64,000 nt of DNA from Nemertoderma westbladi (lineage: Eukaryota > Animalia > Xenacoelomorpha), in NCBI GenBank assembly GCA_032718475.1, contig JAUCBJ010009163.1, positions 1-64,000 on the forward strand. Direction: 5' to 3'. The notes under the pieces are model-generated. The model made no database searches. It saw only the letters and a list, made by a program, of their open reading frames with translations, and was not told the origin of the DNA. Positions 53,201-64,000 of this stretch are shown piece by piece. Numbering within the stretch: position 1 is the stretch's first letter; every line of letters begins with the position of its first letter. A program made the translations under genes and the position numbers.

Positions 53201-56200
53201 CCTGAAATTAGAAGATGTGTACCTTTTAATATCCAGGGAGGCGGTAGTAGAAACTCGATCTAACTATACCGACCAGCACATCGTGGCAGAAGGAATCACA
53301 CTGCCATCCTCCAACCGACAAAAACCCCAGACAACATCCACAAAGACGGCCACTTACGCCACACCGACGGAATCACGACAATTCTCAGACAGTAATAGAG
53401 TATCTGCGCCCATTGGGACGAAACAGACGAGACAGCAACTCAGCACCGACTTCAACGGCTGCCAATACTGCGAACATCTAGGTAAGCGGTATATTGGTCA
53501 CAAGTTACGAGGTTGTCGACAATTTCGCGAGTTGAACTCGGAAGAACGACGGCTGCAGATACGGCCACTGGACTCTTGTTGGCGGTGTACGCGACACGGA
53601 CATGTCCGTAAGGATTGCCCAAACACCGACACTTGTCCATCCTGTGGACGCAACCACGACGGTCTGCTCCACACAGACAGCCACACGCCGACGAAACGCT
53701 TCGCCAGGGAACACCCGGAAGCAGCAGCGAGATGTGATGCGGCTTACCGAAAACGAGAATCGAAAACGACTCCGACTTTCGTGACCCATATAGAGGATTG
53801 CTTTTCAGAACAATCCGGATCGTCGGACGAAGAATCAGACGACGACGAATATTCTAATGGAGACGAACAACCGTCAATCGCGCTCCTGACCACTGACCAA
53901 CTGAAGGGATTCAGTGTAATCCCGATTAAGATCACTGGCACAAAAGGGAGTAAGAGGATTTACGCGATTCTAGACTCAGCCTCATCTCACAGTTACGTAG
54001 ATGAAAAGATAGCTGACGTCGTAACGGATCTCAGACAAGGTAAACACGTAAGTTATACAGTAAGTAGTATGCACGGCCAGCGTGCAATACCAGTGACACG
54101 AGTTAAGTTGGACTTAGACTCTCTTCTTCCAAAATCGCAACACAGCGAGAGGGAGAGGTCTTTGTTGCCCTTTAGAGATCTAACCTTTGCGGCCACGAAG
54201 GACTTTAGTAACCTACTGGGTCCAGTGCCGGAACAATCTCTGGAGGACCGTAAGTATTTCAGACACCTTGGTGTACCCGAATGTCCTGTCAATTATAGAT
54301 CGGTAGCAATGCTGATCGGGACGGACCAATTCAACCTACATCAGGTGTGGGAAACCAGACCGTCGGCAGTTGTAGCAGGAAACGCATACGCCTGCAGAAC
54401 GCCGATAGGGTGGTATACTCGAGCGCCTGTGCGCACACTAGACGTAAGTGACGAGGAAGACGATGTACAGAGTACATGTAGTTTATTGACTACAAATTCA
54501 ATTCATTCCTTTTCACACGACGTGAACCATACTACACTACAGTCGACAAAACATGACAGACGTGTAACTAGTATGATAAGTCACAAGGAGCAGCTAATCC
54601 ACATGGTGAGTTTAGAACTTGGGGAGAAGACGAGTCAGCTAGAGATTCCATCGACGACAGATGATAGGCTTGCGAGTCTACCTACCCCAACGACACCAAC
54701 AATGCCCGTCGATACAAAGAAAAGGACGACAGCGACAAAACTCAAGAAAAAACCGAAGGCGAAATGGAAGGATATAACTTCAAAGGTCAAGAGAGGAAGA
54801 CTTGCGAGCCTTTCTACACCAGACATATCGCCAGATGGTCAACCAGACACGTTACCAGACGATCAACCAGATACGTTACTAGACAGTCAACCAGGCATTC
54901 TACTAGACGTTAGTAATGTACTGACAAACAGTAAAGCCGCAGTTTCCCTAGTGGAGCGGCCTTCTATTGACAAACAACCAGATACGTTACCAGACGTATC
55001 GCCAGACACATTACTAGACAGTCGACTAGACACTAGTAATGTATTGACTAACAATAAAGCCGCAGTTTCCCTATTGGAGCGGCCTTGTATTGACAAACTA
55101 CCAATTTTGACACACTTGAGCAACCATAAGCACGGTGAAACCTCATGTATTACAGATGTGGGTAGTACCTACGCTAATGTAAATACAGGTGTTACTTTGC
55201 GCTCAAGAGACATACCGAACCTACAACCTACGGTGAAACCTGGGATTAATGTCGGCAGAAAATTAAGTTTACCAAAACCTGCTGACCCCATAGAGTTCAA
55301 ACCACCATTAGCGATCGACTTACAAAGTACCGACAATCAAGGTAAGAAGACAAAGAAGGACAAATTACTTGTAGACCCGGACGGATCAACAGTCAACAAG
55401 GGAATACTTACCGGCGGACCCGTGGGCCCTTCTAGTAATTCAAAACCTTCCAAGTTCTCCATTGACTTACCTGATGACGTCACAAATACTTATGTCGACC
55501 GTATTGTAAACCTAACAGATTCTTGGTCAAACGCTTGCCGAAAATTAGCGTGGATTGTACGTTTTGTACAATACGTTAAAGGCAAACGTGACTTTACACG
55601 TCGACTTACATTGGCTGAGATTGACAGGTGTGAGATTCAATTAATTCGCCATTACCAACTGAGATATTTCGCGCGCGAATTCACATCTATAAATCAAGGT
55701 CAACCAATCAAGTCGTCACCGATACTGAGTTGGAGTCCGATTATTTATAATGGCTTAATTTGTCATAAATCTCGGCTTCAAAACATTGACTTTAACACGA
55801 ACTTTAGGTACCCAATAATAATACCGCAACATCACGAACTACAACGTGCAATGATACTGGACGCACATTTACATCTGAAACACGCTGGAAGACACCACTG
55901 TCTTTCCTACTTACGTACTAGATTTGTATTAATTAGACCCAGTAAAGCATTAAGTTCAGTGACACGTACGTGTATTATTTGTAAAAAGGTACATTCTAGA
56001 ATAGGTACCCAAGAAATGAGTGAACTACCACAAGCACGACTTCAAGCATTCAGACCACCTTTTACAGAGACTGGAATTGATTGCTTTGGTCCCATACATA
56101 CTAAACGTGGACGTATACTAGTAAAACGCTGGGGACTGATTTTCACATGTATGTCCAGTAGGGCAGTTCACATTGAACGTGTGATGGATCTTTCCACCAA

Positions 56201-57002
56201 CGCGTTTATACTAGCACTGCGGCGATTTATCGCTAGACGCGGACTAGTAAAATGCTTGTACTCAGACCAAGGGACAAACTTTGTTGGTGCTCGGAATGAG
56301 ATTGCTAGAGCCTTTAAGAAATTAGATCATGATCAAATCTCGAACGAACTGCAACCTCACAAGATTGTTTGGAAGTTTAATCCTCCAGATAGTCCTTGGA
56401 GAGGCGGAGTCTGGGAGAGATTGATTAGATCTATAAAGACAGCCATGGCAAAGGTCATTCCAGTAAACCACATATTAACAGACGACCAACTGACAACATT
56501 GTTTGTTGAAATCGAGGCAATACTAAATACTAGACCAATAGTATTAGTACCCGATGACAAACAATCTCAGTTCGCTTTAACACCAGCACACCTGCTTATG
56601 CAGGCACCGACCACATTGACGCCGATTTCCATTCCAATGGAAAGCGATAGTTACGGGAGAAAAGCGTGGAAAATCACGCAACTACTGGCTAACAAATTCT
56701 GGGAAATATGGCAAAACCATTATTTGCCCTCTATTTCTGCCAGAACAAACTGGTATAATAACACCCGCGCATTAAAGCCGGGAGATCACGTGCTGTTGGC
56801 AGAAGTGAATCTAAAAAGACGCTTCTGGATAACAGGTGTCATTTTAGCCACACATCCATCTATGGATGGAGTGACAAGAACTGTGACGGTACGAACAATT
56901 GACGGTCGCACAGTAGACAGACCGACTCAACGTCTCGTACTTCTTGAAGAGACTCGTAACGAGTCTGGAGACTACAAATCTCCACCTAATACTAGTAAAT
57001 AA
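50235..57002 (+). CDS. gag-pol: Bel/Pao Gag-protease-integrase polyprotein of C lacking RT/RNase H; one in-frame TAA at 51462-51464
   Basis: 50235-51464 and 51600-57002 share a frame. Gag core, triple knuckle, ILDSAS protease, low-complexity linker, then DSWS, HHCC, GIDCFGP, YSDQG, WERL. No YxDD, LPHH or FSDAS motifs. Confidence 0.9.
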
Positions 57003-57660
57003 TTAGGAGTTTACAAATAGATTTCCACGTACCTGTACACCGTAGTAAGGACAGCGGTAGAATTCCATTGTCTTTATATGTGAACATTGAGGGTAGTACC
57101 CTTATGTGTCACATAGGAGCGGGATTTGTAGGTATAAGAAATGGAATTCTACTTGGAACTCACAATATTGAGACATTTTCGAAATTTTAGACAATCCATT
57201 TGGATTTGAAAAATTTTTAAAATTTTCTCCAGTGAATAGATTTCAGGGTACAGTCGGGTGGAACTTAAAATTAGAGAAACAAGAGAGGAAGACTTGCGAG
57301 CCTTTCTTAAAATTTTAATTAAATTTTACACGGTCTTGTTTCAATAAGTTACGTCAAAATAGACTCCCCTATATTTATTACTAACTCTTGACTGCTTATT
57401 TTCTGATAATAGTTTGGGATCAAAAGGTGAGTATTTTAGACTCACGGCCAGTTTAGCCCAAATTCGTTTTACTTCGGCAAAAAATTTTAGATAAGAAGCA
57501 GCGTGTCATTAAAGAAACCCTAGATCTTAGGCTATGGGTAGGAGGTTAGAGCGTTGTCGAAGCCCAAAGGGCAGACGAAACTCTCACGTCTCCTCACAAC
57601 TAACTACAAACTCTGTTGTATTCCCTCTAGTAGTAATGATTATGTAACTACACCCTAATT

Positions 57661-60600
57661 ATGGAGAAAGGGATACAAGGAGAGCCGAGATGGGGATATG
57701 ATATCCAAGAGGAGGCAGCAGCGCCATTCGAAAGATTTGGAGCCAAGGATTACACTATATTTGGTATAAAAGAATTATCGGAAAGTACAGCGAAACTCGC
57801 GAGAACTAAATATGACTCGAATGTATTAAAGAGAAGGCAAAACGCATTAAACGAAAGAATCGAAAGTTTGCGCCAAACCTTCAACGAACTTTACCCGTAC
57901 GATGCTTTGTGTGATACGGGAGACATTAGCGAAGACCCCGATACTGAAATTAGTCGTTTGTATCATACCATGCAATACCTAAAGGCGCACGAACCTATGC
58001 CTGCGGTACGCGATGAATTCGATGGAATGCATCTTTACAGACGAACTCGAGGGGACGATAGAGAAACCAAGGAAGCATTTTCAGTTTATAAACTTTATTA
58101 TCAATGCGGTTCTTGTATGCGCGAACAACGAAATGCGATTCCGATGCGTTTGAATAAGGAAAATCCCGAACCGATATTGGCGAGGTGTTCGAATCATCAA
58201 CAACTACGCTACCAGGAAGGAGGGTATCCTTTATCGAATCCATATCATTCATTTGCTATGACCGGACCAAAGGCGGGAGAAACTGTCATTTACCCACCTA
58301 AGGTTGTTGAACCCGATGTATTTGAACTTACGCTGGACGAGGCGAATCAGTCAACCCGCGAAAAGAAAGAAGCTCTTAGCCTATACAGAGCCTACAAGGC
58401 TTTCGAGAAAGGTGAGATGGAAGAATGGGGTGGAAGACTCGCGAGCCTACCTTGCCATTGGACGTCACACGATCAAACTTCAGCTAAGGAGATGACACCG
58501 GAAGTTTTCGAGAGCATAAACTTCGCTCAAAACGTTATTCAGAGACTACAGATTGCATCCCCGGAGAGGCCAAGAGAAATGCAACCGTAGTACTTCGTAG
58601 TACATAGTACTTCAGCTACGAAACCATTGAGTACGACACTCAATTTCCCTATTAGTACCAGTCCGACAGGATACGACGTACGAAATACCCATCGTGGATC
58701 ATCCAGAAATCATTTCAAACTTGGAGTTTCTTCCTGCAGTTGTTTTCAGCGATATGAGTAAGATATATGATTTACGTAGACATATTACTCAAAAGGTCGT
58801 GAACAACGTTCCACCTCATATCCAAGATTTTAAGGAACTGGATAGAGCTGGTGCCGACATAGCTCCGAGTAATCTGAAAGGATATCTAACCAAGACGATT
58901 CGTTTATGGATTGGAATCGGAACCTTCGAGTCGGATACAGATATTGCCGCAGATTGGCGAGGTAAGGTTATTCGTTTCGATGAGGATAAGGATATAGAGA
59001 AGATTTGGCAACCTTCGGAAGAATTGTTGGATGAATGGACTAGGACGTTTAGATCGTTTCAGGAAAACGGTTATATGTTTTACGATAACGAGGGCGGCAG
59101 TCATCAGCAGAGTTTGACTTCTAAGACTATACAGATTAGAGCGGCGGACGGAGTCCTGCACGTTTTCAGTAGACAGAGGAGCGACAAACGAATGCCGATA
59201 CCTCCAGCGAATACAAAGCGACACCATCTTATCACCGATATAGTAAAGAAGATGGACCAAGCTTGTAATATTGACGCTAGAATGTTACCGAAGATGGTAA
59301 GAAACATTATTTTAGATAAAACTGTTGTAAAGGTTGGATCAGGAGTAAGGGAGGATTTAATTAGCGACTTCGCCGGCATGACGGACAGCGATGACCGACT
59401 ACCGACACCATACGTCGACACTCGACCTCTTATTCTGTGGTCTATAGAACAGGGATATTTTCGTGAGTATAATACTCAGAAGACTGGAACTGGATACATT
59501 TCCTACCTGTTATTCAATTGGGATTATAAGGAAGGTAAAAGAAACAAGTATATTGAAACTTATGGAGAAGGTGATACTCCAGATATGAGTGAGTTTGAAT
59601 CACAGCTTAAATGGAGAGGATGCGTGTATTGGGCTATTACGTCACCTCCAAGAGCGGTCTTACAATATTATTTAGCGATAGAGTCGTCAGTGAATGTTTG
59701 CCTAATCGCCGACATTGTGTCTCGGACTCTCAAAAGACATCCACTTTGTCTCGGAGAAGATCATACGTTCTACATGGAAGGGAGAATTCGTACCGACGTG
59801 TTTAGACGATTCCTTGAACCCTTCTACAACTCCGACGCTCAGTGTAATGCCTTTACTCGAGCAGGATTTAGTATATTTCGAGACGTGTATCTTCGCTGTG
59901 CGGGATCTCTTATCGAAAGACCATCTATGTTTACATTGTTACCCTATGAAGGAGAACGTATTGTGGAAATTACGGATGAATCACGGCAGACGCGCGCGCC
60001 TATCGGTCACCTTGGTGATGAATTCGAAGTAACTACTACGATCGCCGACGATCCTTTAGAGGAACTTCTTGAGATAGAAAGGAACCTCCCGAAGAAATCT
60101 CAGACGGAGATTCGACAGCTTGAAGCAACAGATGCTATAGTTTGCATACAACCTTCAGAAACCTACCAACCCATAGACCCAGATGATTACGATTATAGTA
60201 TGGGAGGAAGCGCTCGACCGATTGGAGATCTTATATACGAACGAGTGTGGTACCCTGCTAATACGATGTGTAGTAAATGTGGCGTCGCTGGACATCATAT
60301 GGCAAAGTGCAGTGGAAAGCACATTACTACGACTCAGCTAATCTGTGGATGGTGTGGGGATCAAGGGTCTCATACCTTTTATACTTGCTGGAGATTTATG
60401 GCTCAATGTACTTACTGCAATATAAAGGGACATCGAGCATCTGAATGCCAACTTAGGGACATACCTTATGAACACGAATCTGTAAAACTCGTGAGGAAGT
60501 TATTTGATGAGTGGGAAGATTTAGCCGACGAACATGTATCGGCACAAAGAAGACGGTTTCCGATGAGAGCGCATCTCGGATTTTGGGCGGTAAATCCCCA

Positions 60601-61399
60601 AACGATGATGTCGGAAGGATATATCTCCGCTATGCCCCAATATGACGAACTTATCGAGGTTGTTGATATTTTGCCCCACGACAGCGGATTCCGAGTGGTG
60701 CGCGAGTATCTGTTACAGATTCACCCGGATAACAAAAACACGTGGAATTTTCAGAAAGTCGTAAATCGTATCACGTATGGTGAATTTGATCGTTTCCGAA
60801 CCGAAAAGCGGAATAAAGGAGCTTGGTTAACCGTCGCATGGGCGTACCGAGCCGCGTTTTACCATAAACGTATACGAGCGAGCGTATTCGAGGAAGAAGA
60901 GGTCCTAGAGGCGACGAATATATCAGCCACTCCGGTTGCGCCGTCTGCACGTCACCCTCGGGAGGACGGGCAGGGTAGGATCATACGGGTCCAGAAGGTG
61001 GGCCAACAATTGAAGAAAATTATTAATGTAGAAGAACGCAAGGGAGTTGAGCCGACTATTCGAGTTACTCGGGATACGGTATCACTTCCAAGAGAACCGG
61101 TAGGAGGATCGGGACATACACCAGCTGATCAACAGGGGGCGCAAGCTACTCTTGGGTCTGCGTCGTCCACTTCTCACGCGTTCCCAGACGTTCTACCGAC
61201 TGTAGTGACGACTGATCGGTCACGAGGAATTGGTCGAGGTTTTGGGATGCCAAATAGACGAATTTGTGAGGAAATAGTCGCACCGTCTCTTAACGTCCCA
61301 AGTAAACTAGTGACTCGCCCCATAAGTCCCATATCGCGAGCAAAGTCACCTGTGCGCAGTTTTCGAGGACGCGGCAGGGCTCGATCCACTAAGCGATAA
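57661..61399 (+). CDS. Accessory ORF2 of C: Zn domain (57661-58590) + DEDDy exonuclease and three CCHC knuckles (58694-61399)
   Basis: ExoI MFYDNEG (59075-59095), LPKMVRNIILDKTVVKVGSGVRED (WRN-type ExoII), YVDT, W...P...QYYLAIE (ExoIII-like); knuckles CSKC, CGWC, CTYC; basic RGRGR tail. Confidence 0.82.
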
Positions 61400-61479
61400 A
61401 AGGGAGGGCAAGGGTGGACGGAGGACTCGTGAGCCTTTCTTATGATTTGTGATTTATTTTGAATTATATGTTTTATATT

Positions 61480-62050
61480 TAGAAAATTTAGTAAACTTAT
61501 ATTTTATATTTGTGTTTATTTCGAACTTATGCAATTTGTATTGTTCCGAATTTATGAAATTTAGAAAGTTTATATTTAGAAGGAACTTATATTTGAAAGA
61601 TTTATGTTTCATATTTGAGATGCAAAGGTTTATATTATTCTAAACTTATGCAGTTTATATTTATATTTAAGTAAAGACTTATATTTAGTAAGACTTATAT
61701 TTAGTAAGAATTTATATTTTATATTTACGTGATTATTTCGAACTTATGCAATTTATATTATTCTGAACTTATGCAATTTATATTGTTCCGAATATTATGC
61801 AATTTATATCTTATAAGCAGTATTTGTACCTAAAGAGAAAGTTTTATAGACAGAAAATTTTGTGCTCAGAAAGACTCATATTTGTAATTATTCCAAACTT
61901 ATGCAATCTACATTTAGGTACGAAAGTATTTGTAATTACTTGAATTTATGCAATATTTGGGATGCAATAGTAGATGGAAGACTCGCGAGCCTTTCTTATT
62001 GTTTTCATTTATTTGTATTTGTAATTGTTTGAATTTATGCAATATTGAGA
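61480..62050. repeat. AT-rich degenerate repeats (GAACTTATGCAATTTATATT) in C's 3' UTR
   Basis: Numerous imperfect copies. Confidence 0.7.
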
Positions 62051-62289
62051 TGCAATAGATTTATATTGGTGAATTTAATTTAGATTTATATTGTACTTAC
62101 TTAGTAAAGCCTTAAATACGTAAAGTTTGAATTTGTAATTATTTGTATCGAATCATTACGTAGAAAGGAAGTATTGTTTGAAATTTAATTGTAAATATGT
62201 AAGTACGCCCTAAGTATTCTATAGTTCGATTGATTATTGGTGAAAACCGTATATTTTATGCACGATAATATCCTGTTTTCATGGAGCGG

Positions 62290-64000
62290 TATAGAATTAT
62301 ATTCCCTAAATGCCGTGGATTTCCAAAATTTTATTTTATTCGAATTAACTTTGTAAAGATTGCTTTGAGTTCTCATTAGTATTGGTTCTATCTATTGTAC
62401 ATCTATCGGTCAAGTGGTTCAGTAGCTCAGTTGGTAGAGCGTTGGAAATTATAAGTGTAGTAGGTATCGAGTTCGAATCCTAGTAAGTGCGAATTATTTT
62501 TTGTGCAGAATTTCAACTCATTTAAATTAACCGCTACAAATTAATTGCATTTATCTGTACCAATGAGGCTGTAGTTATTTGATTGTAACCAATGTCGTGC
62601 AAGTTATATATTAGCTGGACCAATAGCTATCTTTAAAACCTTGTTAGAACCCATAGAACAATCGAGAATTTTCTCGATTGATTGCGGCACAAATTTAGTA
62701 TATAAAGGTGCGATTTCGTTCATTAGTACTACTATTCAATCAATCTCAATCTCACTTGCTGATCTACCTTAACTTTCTGTCTTATTTCAGATTACATTGT
62801 TTATTGTATAATAGTTATTATATCTTTGTAATAAAAGTCAGAAATACTAGTCACATCTCAGCTTTTCTATCTGTTTCACTATGGTTTCGCTACGGTGAAC
62901 AAACTCAGGGACAAGATGGCCAGCTAGAGATCGGGCCGCAGCAATGAACGGGAACATCACGGGAATGTAGACGAGAGACAACCCGCAATACCATTTAAAG
63001 TTATTCGCCCATCGCCTGAAAGGTTAGACAGCGTTCGATCCTTGCTACCTAAGTATAAGACCAAAAGATCAAAGGTAGACGTAGTGACACGCTGCAAGCC
63101 TAAAATTACATCATAGGGACTGTACTGTCTTGATTCAGGGAAAACCGCAGTAGACCTTCATATTCCTACGGGGGGGAGGGAGAGAGCATAAGCAGATACT
63201 AGTACGCAGATAGGACGTAGGCACACCGGTACAAGGCATACACATTGGTTAGGGTGCAGCAAACTGTACGCTTAACTCTTGCTAAGTACAGGTGTGTGTG
63301 CGACTATTTGCCGTACAACGGTGTCCAGTGCATTAGAACTTGTAGGCTAGGGGGGTTGCTGTGTTTTCACCTGAATTGGGATTGTACCGTTCAGGCGGTA
63401 GGGCAGTTTACGCTAGGCGCAAAATAAATTGAGGCTATCAGGGATATACTAACATCTACCGTGTCCCCGCCAACGCCCTAATAGGAAGTTACCCGGACTA
63501 CCTGGGTGACTAAAATTCTAGATAGGAGCCAGGATAGCTATTAGTACCCGTACGCCTACAGTAGTAAACTAACACATCTCTTCTTAGTATCAGGGACCTG
63601 GTACCTAAAATTGCCGAATTCTGGGCGTAGTATTAACCTTATGCCTGAATTTGAGTCCTGGAAATACGCAAGAGGGGAAGGAACCTTATCATTCGTGAGT
63701 ATTGGACCTACAAGTTATAAAATTAGAATATTCGTAAAATGCACACCGTACCCAGTAATTATATATGTGAAGGAGCAAAACTGCTTTGACCGTTCAGAAT
63801 TAACACACGCGCGTTAGAAATTATTTACACCTCAAAATATATAAAATTAACTTTCGTCCTTACTGCACTTTGCTCGCTAGTTAGACATCTCCAAATATCT
63901 GCCTCTATACCTAGCTAGCGTCCCTTTGCCCAACCATATAAATCACACCGCGGCAAAGTATACGAGCCTCTTAGTCCGTCAGTGAGTCAGCCTGATTTTA
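62290..64000 (+). repeat. 3' LTR of C (partial)
   Basis: Begins TATAGAATT directly after PPT GGAGCGG; matches 47493 onward. Confidence 0.92.
62416..62502 (+). ncRNA. tRNA-like Pol III unit in C's 3' LTR
   Basis: Identical copy of 47619-47705. Confidence 0.6.

Larger units (their letters stand above)
47493..64000 (+). mobile_element. Bel/Pao LTR retrotransposon C, RT-less, 3' end outside the window
   Basis: 47493-49202 repeats at 62290-64000 with about 4 differences; PPT GGAGCGG at 62283-62289; gag-PR-IN and ORF2 inside. Confidence 0.92.

Noticed and set aside
57661-61399. env gene
   Set aside because: No signal peptide or transmembrane segment; motifs indicate a nuclease and Zn knuckles.

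Overview
AT-rich animal (probably invertebrate) genomic DNA made almost entirely of nested retroelements around one small host gene. Three related Bel/Pao LTR retrotransposons share the polypurine tract GGAGCGG. B (minus strand, 1595-38811, TGTAT target-site duplication) keeps only gag-protease. A (plus strand, 11342-35857, GTATA duplication, 2.3-kb LTRs) is inserted in B's leader and has a complete but broken gag-PR-RT-RH-IN. C (plus strand, 47493 to beyond the window, near-identical LTRs) has gag-PR-IN with RT and RNase H missing. A CRE-like non-LTR element sits in A's 3' UTR. Between the clusters are a Ly6/uPAR (three-finger) host gene with a decayed LINE in its intron, a palindromic Tc1/mariner-type MITE and a fourth gag-like fragment (D). 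The main candidate system is this Bel/Pao family. (1) In place of env it carries an extra ORF with an unknown Zn domain, a WRN/EXD2-like DEDDy 3'-5' exonuclease and three CCHC knuckles. (2) It has no tRNA primer-binding site; the bases right after the 5' LTR are complementary to a site inside the element's own LTR. (3) A and C are each studded with their own YGYG-tetraloop hairpin at matching positions. (4) C's LTR holds a tRNA-like Pol III unit. All calls were made by eye from the sequence and ORF track; no database searches were run.
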